From Klebsormidium nitens (taxonomy: Eukaryota; Plantae; Klebsormidiophyceae), in NCBI GenBank assembly GCA_000708835.1, contig DF237458.1:1-64000 (forward strand): a DNA stretch of 64,000 nucleotides, read 5' to 3'. Shown here piece after piece: positions 37,301 through 49,300 of the stretch (position 1 is the stretch's first letter; the number at the start of each line of letters is the position of its first letter). Both the position numbers and the translations under genes were made by a program. A model generated the notes under the pieces. It had not been told where the DNA came from. It searched no databases and saw only the letters and a program-made list of their open reading frames with translations.

Positions 37301-40300
37301 GCGTGACGATGGCGGGGCGAAGCAAGGCCCACCGGAACTGGAAGGCGATCGACACGCGGGTGACTGATGCGGCGAACGAGGCCAAGGACAACGTCAAGTA
37401 TCTGACGACCCTGGAGAAGAGCCTGGAGCCCATGTACACCGGTGAGCGCACGTATACTTTCGAAAGAAGTTTCCTGAGCGGCCGTTATTGCAGAATCTCT
37501 CTAGCCGTACTGGACGGAAGGCTCCTGCTTGGCCTTCCATAAAAAGTTTCCTGGACCCGCGCTTGTCACTGACTGACGTCTGAGGCGAGAGGCTTCCTGT
37601 CGGTAGCCGCAAATCAGGAACAAAGCTGAAACAGAATGGAAGGAAGCAAGTTGCTTTCACGTCCTTGTGGGGTACTCTGGCTTACACCAGAATTAATCTA
37701 CGCCCTGCCTTCTGACGGTTGCTTTGGCCGTCTAACAAGGTGAAATGGCATCACAAGTTGTGTGCCACCACCGCCCCCTTGCTGACCGCCAAACCTGGAC
37801 AGATTTTGCCCCAGCATTTCCCCACTTTTCCCTTCGTAGATTTCAGGTCCTCAGCGCTTTTTGTACTGTCCTTGCAGGCATCCCGCAGGCGATCATCGAC
37901 AGCCTGCCGGCGCTGATGAACAACATCAAGATGATGCACACGATCGCGCGCTACTACAACACGCCGGAGCGCATGACCACGCTCTTCGTCAAGGTGACCA
38001 ACCAGATGATCACCAAGTCCAAGGAGTTCATCACCGCGCCCGGCAAGCTCTGGGACCAGGACAAGCAAACCCTGATCGCTAACCTCGGGTTATGCGTCCG
38101 GCTGAACGAGCAGTACCAGGAGCAGTACCGGCTAACCCGCGACCGGCTGCTAACCCAGCCCAAGGGCAAGCAATTTGACTTCAACGAGCAGCGCATCTTC
38201 AGCCGGTTCGACCTGTTTTGCAAGCGGGTGACGAAGCTGGTGGACATGTTCACGACGGTGCACCAGTTCAGCACGCTCGCGCAGCACAGCCACATCGAGG
38301 GCCTCGCCGACATGACCAAAAACTTCTTCGCCATCGTGGACGAGTTCAAGAAGAAGCCCTACGACCTGCTCGACTACATGAAGAGCCAGGTGAGGGCCGC
38401 ACCTTGCAATCTCCAATTTCTGCTGTCACATCTGCATTCTTAGTTCCAAAACATGAAGCGGCAAAGAATCTAATCATTTTAGTAGCGACGTTTCAAGGCT
38501 CCGAAGTGGAAAATGCGAGGCGTGCCTTTCCAGTGTACAGGGCTATGGTGCGGTTCGGATCCTCGGTACGAGGAAATGCTTTCTGGCAGAACACTAGACT
38601 TATCGAACATACTCGAGTTGATTCCTCCCAAAACCGAGAGCTTTTCCGGCGCCTGCAGCCCAACAGGAATGAACTACGTCAGAGGCAGATTGGACGATGC
38701 GAGCCTCGCAGAGTTTCTTGTTTCAGCACGCGGCTCACAGCGCTGATTATTCCGCTTTTTCCCGCGGCAGTTTGACCGCGACTACCTGGAGTTCAACGTG
38801 AACATCAGCGACCTGGAGGCCGGGCTGCAGGGCTTCATCAACGCGAGCTTTGAGAACATCACGTCCACCGAGCACGCGCTCAGCCTGCTGCGCCAGTTCC
38901 AGGCCATCCTGCAGCGGGACACGCTCAAGGCAGACCTCGAGGACAAGTGAGCTGACCAGCGAGTGCTCCCTTTCATATTGCATGCGAATGAATCTGAAGG
39001 CCAGGAGTTGTCTTTGCAGACAGCCGTTCGAGTCGGTTCGCGACGCATACGCGCCGGAATACGAAGCCTCAAATTTGATTTTTAATGTTTCCCTTTATCT
39101 GTCGGTGGATCCCGGGCGCTTTCTTCCGCGCTAACTCCAGACTATGATGAGGATTATAGGATAACGCTTAGCTGGATTGTTAGGGCTGACCTCAGGCGAT
39201 GAGGTCGTTGAGCGCTAATCTTCGATCCTGCGAAGCTGCGGCTGGACTGAAGTCCCTACATGCTGAGTCCGGGAGTTTTGGGCGCGCAGGTACATGGTGA
39301 TCTTCCAGAACTACGGGCTGGACCTGGAGGCGGTGCAGAAGATCTACGAGAAGTACAAGCACGCGCCGCCGCTGGTGCGCAACGCGCCGCCCGTGGCGGG
39401 CAGCATCATGTGGGCGCGCCAGCTGCTGCGGCGGATCGAGGAGCCGATGAAGAAGTTCGCGCACAACAAGACCATCATGGCCACCAAGGAGTCCAAGCGC
39501 ATCATCAAGACCTACAACAAGGTCGCCAAGGCGCTCGTCGAGTTCGAAACGCTCTGGCACCAGGTGCGCACGGGCTGTGGAATTGTTAGCCTTCAGGTCT
39601 GGATGCCAAGGACTCCAGCTTCTTACTTGAGAGTTGCCGCAAGCGTCCGTGCCATCTCTGTGTGGCTTGAGTTGCAGGCAACTGCGCCTCTGCTTGAAAG
39701 GAGGGAACTTAAAACCGGCATTTTTGAGGGCAGAGAGCGACTGAACTTTTGTTTTCAGCGAAAGCATCTCACCTTGAGATACTTTTTCGTTTCCACTCCA
39801 GCAAGTTTCCAATCCACTCTCTCGTCCTGGATGAATCTGAGGGCGCATACTGTCGCGAGCTGCACCTCTTGACACATGTCGCTTCCTCACAGGCGTGGAT
39901 CCGGAGCGTGGACGCAAGCAAGGCGGGGCTGCAGGCGACGCTGATCGTGCGGCACCCGGAGAGCGGGTCGCTGCTGGTCAACTTCGACAAGGAGATCATG
40001 CAGCTGATGCGCGAGACCAAGTACCTGCAGCGCATGGGCATCGAGGTGCCCGAGGCCGCCAAGATGGTGCTCCTCCAGGAGGAGAAGTTCAAGTACTACT
40101 TCAACCAGCTGAGCTACGCGCTGCGCGAGCACGAGCGCGTCATGAGCGCGGTGCTGCCCGTGACCAAGCCGCTGCTGGGGCCGCACCTGGACGACCTGGA
40201 GAAGAAGATCCAGCCCGGCATGTACATACTCACATGGACCTCCATGAACATCGACGGGTGAGCCGCCCCGCGGGCTGCGTCAGGAAGATTCCCTTTCGGT

Positions 40301-43300
40301 ACTTGTTTGCGCTTCTGAGAAAGTTGAGGAGTCCGAAAGAAGGCACGCTCCCATACTGCAAGGACACTGCAAAGGTGGCGGGGTCGGTCGTGGCCCTGAA
40401 AAAGATAACCAGCCGTCCGCGTGAAGAAGCTTTTCTNNNNNNNNNNNNNNNNNNNNNNNNNNNNNNNNNNNNNNNNNNNNNNNNNNNNNNNNNNNNNNNN
40501 NNNNNNNNNNNNNNNNNNNNNNNNNNNNNNNNNNNNNNNNNNNNNNNNNNNNNNNNNNNNNNNNNNNNNNNNNNNNNNNNNNNNNNNNNNNNNNNNNNNN
40601 NNNNNNNNNNNNNNNNNNNNNNNNNNNNNNNNNNNNNNNNNNNNNNNNNNNNNNNNNNNNNNNNNNNNNNNNNNNNNNNNNNNNNNNNNNNNNNNNNNNN
40701 NNNNNNNNNNNNNNNNNNNNNNNNNNNNNNNNNNNNNNNNNNNNNNNNNNNNNNNNNNNNNNNNNNNNNNNNNNNNNNNNNNNNNNNNNNNNNNNNNNNN
40801 NNNNNNNNNNNNNNNNNNNNNNNNNNNNNNNNNNNNNNNNNNNNNNNNNNNNNNNNNNNNNNNNNNNNNNNNNNNNNNNNNNNNNNNNNNNNNNNNNACC
40901 AGCCGTCCGCGTGAAGAAGCTTTTCTGGTCGTACTTAGCTTTGTGTTGCTGTCATTAGATGCGCGCCTTTGCTGACCTTTAGCCGTGGAGCCTCTTTGCG
41001 GAAACCACTTGCATGTGATACGCGCCAAGAACAGATGTCAAGTCAAAGTGTCTCGCATCGAAAAGCAGCACACTTAACCCGCGATTTTCTTTTCGTCAGG
41101 TACCTGCACCGCATCCACAACGGGCTGCAGCGGCTGGAGGATTTGATCCGCAAGATCAACGACATCGTGGACAACCGCATCGACGCCAATCTTAAGGCCA
41201 TCAGCAAGAACGTGCTGATCGACCTCCCGCCCGACCGCTCCTTCACCTTCGAGGACTTCGTCACCACGCAGTCGCGCTTCATCAAGCGCCAGTCCGAGTT
41301 CATGGAGATCAGGAACCGCGAGGTGAGCGCTCACCCGGGTTGAGAAGGAGCCCGAGATCTAATGTGGCTTACTACCTTCGAAGCGCAAATGATCGTTCCA
41401 AGAGCAGCGCGAAGAATTTCCAAATTGCGAATCTGAATGTTCTAGCATCGCAAGTGTCTGCCTCGTCTGTAACTCAGCTTCGGTTCTCCTGGTGACGCTC
41501 AACGCTCAGTCACTTGTTCCTTCCTCCGCAAACCTGACTTCAGAGGAAATGCCTGTTCGGTGAAGCATAGCTCAGACTATTCGGTCTGGAGGAGCAGAAG
41601 CAACTTTTGCCGGTGTGCAAAAGAGGAGAGGTTACTGCTGCGAGACTCGATGCTTATAACAAGTAGAGGCTCAAATCAAAGCTCGCACGTTTTGCCAGGT
41701 GGAGCGCGCCGTGAGCGATCTGATCGAGCTCGCGGCCGGCTTCCCGCGCGAGAACGAGGACATGCACATCCCCGCCGCCGAGGTTGCCCGGTTCAAGAAC
41801 TACTACAGCAAGCTCATGTACCAGGCCATCCTGGCGGCGACCAAGAACTCGTTCAACAAGATGAAGAGCCGCCTTGGGTGAGATATATAAGCACTCCCGC
41901 TCCTTCAGATTTGCAGCTTGAGGAGCAGCCGACCTGAGGCTGAAGCTGGAGAAGGTTGTGTCGGACAAGATTCTGCTTCGTGGTCTTGTGCTTGGCAGGC
42001 TTTTGATTGTGAAGCCTTCGCTCGACGAAGAGCTCGTCGGGGTTGTACGAATTGCAATCTTTATCCCGCAATGCGTTCGATATCGTTGCAAGATAGGCGG
42101 AAACGAGCACCTGCAAAGTATCTCGCTGTGGCTGCTTTTAGGCCCAGGTTTGACTTTGCTAAGCTGCCACCACCTTTAGAACGAGGCTAAATCAAATTCA
42201 CTTTGTCCGCAGGTCGCGCGTGTCGGGCGGGTTTTTGTTCGTGGAGCGGCCGTTCTTCGAGGTGGACGTGGAGCTGACGATCCCGAACGTGAGCATGAAC
42301 CCGTCGCTGGAGGACATCCAGGACGCCATCAACACGACCGCCAAGAAGGTGCTCTCCTGCTCCAAGGAGCTGCGCGCGTGGAACGCGGAGCACACGTCCG
42401 GGAACAGCCCCAACAGCTTCTTCGACTACCTGGCGTCCGACAAGGAGATCGTGAAGAGCGTGCTGCTGCTGACGGGCAGCATCGAGGGGACGAAGCACCA
42501 GGTGATGGCGTACGTGTCCATGTTCGACAAGTACAACTTCCTGTGGAAGCACGACATGCAGGCCGAGTACAGCGAGTTCATGAAGACGCAGCCCACGCTG
42601 GAGGCCTTCGAGAACGAGCTGCGCAAATACATGGCCATCGAACAGGTGCGGGGCTTTCTCGCTGGCTGGTTTGTTGATTGCAGCGACATGATGCTGGCGG
42701 GAAACGGGCTGCGGTAACGGTCCGCATCATCCACCTGATTCTTGCCGGCTGCTTGCAGCAGATTTGAAAAGCATACGCTGTTCTTGACCTGGATGCTGCG
42801 GCTTCCGCGTGAGAGGGAACCTGATCAAAGACTTACAAAATTGTGAAGAAGGGCAATATGGTATTCACTGGGGCATCGAGTAGCCCCAAGGAAGGCGAGG
42901 ATTCAAGAGGAGTCAAGAGCAGCTTCTGGCACAACTGTTGTTCCCGGCCACCGTCTTCTTCATCTTGGAGTTGCAGTAATCATATCCCAGTTCCGTTCCA
43001 GGTTGAATTTAGACTTAGCAAGAAGTATTTGAAACCCCTGCAGGAGATTGCAATGATTGCACCGGTGCACAACATCGGCGCAATCTCGCTGGAGACGCAG
43101 CCCATGAAGTACAGCTTGAAGGCGGAGGCGGCGTCGTGGAAGGCGCAGTTCGCCAAGAACCTGCACCGCCAGGGCTTCGAGGACCTGAAGGCCATCAACA
43201 ACTACATGCGCGAGACGACCATCAAGCTCGCGCGCCAGGTGCAGGACCTGGAGGACGTGCGCGCGGTCATGGGCGTGCTCAAGGAGATCCGCGACCGCGA

Positions 43301-46300
43301 GGCCGAGATCGACGCCATCCTCACGCCCATAGAGGAAATGTACTCCCTGCTCATGAGGTGAGCGGCAGGGCGTTTCTGGAGATGCTTCGGGCACTAGGCT
43401 AGAAAATGGAGGCTCAGAAGGTGGACAAAGTACGACGGCCCGCGGCGGAGGTATGGATAACCGATTTGGTTTCCTGAACCGATTTGGTTTCCTGGTCCCA
43501 AGTTGCGAGGGTCTCGTCATCTCAAAAGAAATCTGGCGTTGATGCACGGCTAGGTCTTCAGGCCAATTCATTCGTCTCTCCGCACATGAGATCCCGCGGG
43601 CGTCAATTTTGTGAATAAGGTCGAGAAAGAGGGAAGGCAAAGCTGACCATTCCAAGTTTTGCCACGTAGAGACTCCAACTTTTCTTATGCTGACTAGAAC
43701 CCCGGTCAAAACTTCAGATGCCTGTCGTTGTGTGCGTCAGCTCTTTACATGCGAGCGACATACGAGTGTATATCCTGGGCCAAAATCACATTCGAAAGTG
43801 ACAGTTCAGTTTTCACAACCTGAAACCCCTGCGCTCCGCAGGTACGAGGTGCGCGTGCCGAAGGAGGAGAGCGACCAGGTGGGCGACTTGCGGTACAGCT
43901 GGAAGAAGCTGCGCAAGCTGGCGGTGGACGTCAGCGACGGGCTGGCCAAGCTGCAGGTCGGCTTCAAGCGCGAGCTCATCAAGGAGGTCAAGGCCTTCGT
44001 CACGGACGTCACCGCCTTCCGCGCCGACTTCGAGGCCAACGGGCCCATGCTGCCCGGCCTCACGCCCGCCGAGGCCGTCGACCGCCTCAAAAAGTACCAG
44101 GGCCTCTTCGAGGTGAGCTTCCGGATGATTGTGTTGCTTTTGCTCCCTACTATCCTTTTTCTTCCAAAAGTGTTGCTCGACCTTTGCATGCTTTACCTGC
44201 ATCAAGACGCTGTCTCTTGCTTCTCCTTGGTGATCTTCTCTCACGACTGTACCTTTGCACGAAGCTCTTGCCTTTGAGGGCACTCTGTCAGCCAGTCAGC
44301 TGCCTTCAGTTTTGACACGATACACCGCTTACGTGGCCGCAGGTGCGCAAGCGCAAGTGGGTGAACTACAGCAGCGGCGAGGAGCTGTTCGGTCTGCCGG
44401 TGACGGCGTACCCGGAGCTGGAGCGCACGGAGAAGGAGCTGCTGCTGCTGGACCGGCTCTACAGCCTGTACACCTCCGTCATCTCCACCATCAACGGCTA
44501 CGCCGACGTCTTCTGGGTCGAGGTCGTCTCCGGCATCGACCACATGCAGGAGCAGGTCCTCGGATTCCAGGTGGGCACGTCGGGCGAAGGAGCAAACAAG
44601 TCTCTCTCGGATTTTAAGAGCAGATTCGCTATTCTAGATCGGCTGCGGTAGCCTTTTAGTTCAAGCTCAATAAGGAGCTCGTCTCTCTGGGCCAGGCTAG
44701 CGAGAGTCGGCATCCTTGTGTTCAACTAAAAGCAGGTGCCATTGTGATTTTCAACTTTGTGATTCTTGAACAGAAGTTGTAAATTCATCGAGTCTCCGAG
44801 TAAGCTACTAGAGGTTTCTCCGATGAAGCTTTCTCGATGCGGAATGTCCTGGATGACGTGGGTGTTACATGGCCCGCTGGCTCTCTTCCTGCAGGACGCG
44901 TGCAAGAAGCTGCCCAAGGCGCTGCGCGACTGGCAGGCGTTTGAAGTGTGCCGCAAGACCATCGACGACTTCCTGCAGCTCCTCCCGCTGCTGCAGCTGC
45001 TCTCCACCAAGGCCATGCGCAACAGGCACTGGATGCAGGTGAGCGCGGGGAATAGCAAAAACGTTTCAAGTTATTGAAGTTCCTGACAAGCAAAGAGGGT
45101 GCAAGTTGATACTGACCCGTAGAGGCTGCATTTTGACTGCATTGCGTCCAGATGGCAGGCTGGCTCAAAGGTCACGGCAGGTAAAATCAGCATTTGGCAG
45201 GATACTCACATATCGACGGTGGCTTTTCTTCCTCTTTGGGAAGCTTACAGGCTGCCTATTTTGCCAAAAACGAAGAAGCTAAATTCTTAATCTCAAGTTG
45301 GATGAGCCTTGACCAACCATTGTTTGTCTCCTTTCCAGTTGATGCACACGACGGGCAAGACGCTGAACTTGGCGGAGGACGTGCTGAAGCTGGCGCACCT
45401 GCTGGACTGCGACCTGCTGTCGCACGCGGAGGACATCGAGGAGCTGTGCACGGCGGCCGTGAAAGAGGAGCAGGTGGAGAGCAAGCTGCTGGCGATCGCG
45501 GACGAGTGGGCGGAGCAGATGTTCACGTTCAGCAACTACAAGGCGCGCGGCCTGGTGACGCTGAAAGCGGCGGAGACGGCGGAGGTGGTGGAGCGGCTGG
45601 AGGACAGCCAGATGGCGCTCGGCTCCATGGCGGCCAACCGGTACAGCGGGCCCTTCAGGGAAGAGGTCAACGGGTGAGGCGCGCCGAAGGCCGCTGTTTT
45701 AGTCAGAACCGATTGCAGCAACGGATCTTGAGGTGACGAGAAGCTTGCTCCCAAGGGTTTCTGGATGTCCAACTTGCAGGAGGCTAAAGCAGGGGCCAAA
45801 GAAGAGTAGTAAAGACAAAGTGGTACCTTTACGTCTGGCACTTTCTAACGACCGAAAATCGAAGTAATTGCGGAACCTTAAAACTTTCCAGTCGCCAGAA
45901 GATGATTTAAGCAAACATTAGTCCCGAACATCCTGGCCGGTCATAGTTCTCCCCCAGGCCTTGTCATCGAGTGCAACTAACAAACTCTGCTCGAAACTAT
46001 CAATGGTATGGGTACCCGGCGACGATCTGATTCGCCGCCTCGCTCAGCCGTGATCTGAGTAGATTGTAGTCCCCGGCATTCCCCTCACTGATCCCTGCCC
46101 TCGTTTTCTCGTGCCCGCAGGTGGATCGTGAAGCTGTCGACGGTGAGCGAGATCATCGAGATGTGGATGCAGGTGCAGAACATGTGGATGTACATGGAGG
46201 CCGTCTTCTCGGGCGGCGATATCGCGAAGCAGCTGCCGCAGGAGGCCAAGCGCTTCCAGAACATCGACAAGAACTACATGAAGATCGTGAGCAACGCGTT

Positions 46301-49300
46301 CGACGTGAAGAACGTGGTGCAGACGTGCTACGGCAACGAGCTGATGAAGAACCTGCTGCCGCACCTGACGGAGCAGCTGGAGCTGTGCCAGAAGAGCCTC
46401 TCCGCGTACCTGGAGACCAAGCGCGCCGACTTCCCGCGCTTCTACTTCGTCTCCGACCCGACGCTGCTCGAGATCCTGAGCCTGGGCAGCGACCCGCAGG
46501 CCGTCCAGCCGCACTTCCAGAGCGGCCTCTTCGACTCCGTCGCCGCCGTCACCTTCGACCGCGCCGACAAAACCAAGATCACCGAGCTGCACAGCGTGCA
46601 GGGCGAGAAGGCGAGTCGGCTCCGCCCTCTTGCTGTGCGAGCGCCCCTGGGAATCAGTCCTTTTGACCTGGTTCCTCCGCATACGTGCTACCTTCTCATG
46701 AAAGCTGGCAGCCGAAATCGTGCGGCGTTCTAAGCTTATTAGGAGGCAGCACCCAATCACTTCAATAGAAGCTCGAGAGCGCAACACGACAACCGACAAT
46801 CGCATCTGAATGTTTCCGCTCTGCCCCAAGCTGTGCGCTCGCTTGCCACGTGAGAGCCGTGTCTCACTCACTAAAAATAAGTCGTCGTTTTGGCGCCTCT
46901 TTGACACTCACTGACTTTCAACAACGTGCGCACTTGCTGACGTGGCTAGTTCTTTGGCGCGCGTGCAGGTGAAGCTAGCGGAGCCGGTGTCGGCGGTGGG
47001 CAACATCGAGGACTGGCTCAAGAAGATGGTGGCCGGCATGCAGGACACCATCAAGAAGATCATCCGCAAGTCCTGGGAGGAGGTCAACGCGCTGCCCGTC
47101 GAAAAGTTCATCTTCAGCTACCCAGCGCAGGTGGGCGCTCCTTCAGAAAAAGCCTGGCTTCAGTTGTAGGGGTGATGTTTGTTCACTGCCAGTATCAATC
47201 ATAAATTTTAGACCCCAACGCAAATCAGGAAGCACACGTGCGTGGGAGGCATAAATCCCAGTGGTCCTTTCTTTTCCTTCTTCCCGCACTTTTGTTCCAC
47301 TATGAAAAGCTTTCTCTTAGCTGCTCGCCGCAAAGGCGTAATAGTATTCTTTTCCGCCCGCTGAGTCTGCAATCCCGCTTTTTTATCTAGATAAGATGGA
47401 CCAAGATGGTCTTATGCAAGGTCCTGTTATCAGTTGTTGAGATACGTGTCTGAAAAGGAAGAGTGTCGAAGCGTGCAGTCTATGTTACAAATCCCTTTTT
47501 GGTGGTCCTGCTCTGTGTAGGTGGCCCTGCTGGGCATCCAGTTCCAGTGGACGGCCGACAGCCAGACCGCGCTGGCGGCCGCGAAGAACGACAAGGCGGT
47601 GATGGCGAAGGCCGTGAAGAAGTGCGACACGCTGCTGCGCGAGCTGGTGGACATCACCACGCGCGACCTGTCCAAGAACGACAGGACCAACGTGGAGACG
47701 ATCGTGACCGTCCACGTGCACCAGCGGGACACGTTCGAGGACCTGGTGCGGAAGAAGGTCAAGGAGCCCAGCGACTTCGAGTGGCTCAAGCAGTGCCGCT
47801 TCTACTGGCGGGAGGACATCGACGGTGGGTTGCTTCAGATTTACCCTCACGGGTTTCATACTTCGTGACTTTGCCTCCAGTCATGGACCAAAAGTACTGA
47901 AGGAATCTGAATTTGCCAATAAGCAGGACACAGAAGTCTGAGAAGCCTAAACCGTACAGAGAACTAACAGAAGAACAATCTCGACGTAAACTGTTATCGG
48001 AGGATTTGTCGTACAGAGGGCGACGCAAAGGGAACACAAGAAACATAATCGACTCTCTTTTAGCAGAGCATGGTGGCCGCTTCTGAGATGCTAAATACGA
48101 TGAATTTTTGCTGCAGGCGTGATCATCTCGATCGCCGACGTCGACTTCGAGTACAGCTATGAGTATCTAGGCGTAAAGGAGCGCCTGGTCATCACGCCCC
48201 TCACGGACCGCTGCTACGTCACGCTCTCGCAAGCGCTCGGCATGTACCTCGGCGGAGCGCCCGCCGGGCCGGCCGGAACCGGAAAGACGGAAACCACTAA
48301 GGACCTGGGCAGGTGAGCGTCGATTGAAAAGCGATAGCACGTGCAGTGAATTGGCCAATGAAACGCTTTTCTTCGAAACGTTACCACTTTTGCCAGGTTC
48401 AGCACTGTCCCTTCGGTCATCCTTGGGTGAGCAGAGGGTTATTGCAGTGGACCGGGAGTTTTGGAGCGGATCGTGGGCTTTCAATTCTATGAGCTCTTTC
48501 ATCTCTTGATGTCAACAAGCAGTTAATGCTAAAAGACACTGCATACGAAGATCACACCTTGAAAGGTTACTCAGTTCGGAAACCAAGTCCAAACAACCAA
48601 CAGTCTCGGGCTTGCTTGTCGAGCGCTCCGTTTTAGCCGTATCGTGCATTTCTGAGTGTCCGCTCCGCTGACTTTCTGTTTTGGGCGTGGTGCAGCACGC
48701 TGGGCAAGTTCGTGGTGGTGTTCAACTGCAGCGACCAGATGGACTACAAGGGCATGGGCAAGATCTACAAGGGCCTCGCGCAGAGCGGCCTCTGGGGCTG
48801 CTTCGACGAGTTCAACCGCATCAACCTCGACGTCCTCTCCGTGTGCGCGCAGCAGATCTTCTGCGTCCTCTCTGCCATCCGCGAGCGCAAGTCCAACTTC
48901 GTCTTCACCGACGGCTCGGTGAGCGCACGGCGCCCGCTCGCCCGGCTCTCTTGCGGGCTTGTTCTACATGCATCTGACGAGAAAGTTTTGCTGGACGTGA
49001 ACCGGAACAACGAAACCGTTCCTACATCAGGATATAGAGAAAGAGGTAGAAGGCATAGAATGAAGGTTCTAAATGTTCAGTAGAACGGGCGCCGAAAGGC
49101 AGCCATTCTTGAACAAGGTTCATCTCCATATATGAAACGCATTTGCTCTTGGATCTTAAGCTACTTTGCTCTTTCCTCTAACCAATGTGTTCATGTGTGC
49201 AGCTGACGCCGCTGGATCCTCGCGTGGGCTTCTTCATCACGATGAACCCCGGGTACGCGGGGCGGCAAGAGCTGCCGGAGAACCTCAAGTCGCTCTTCCG

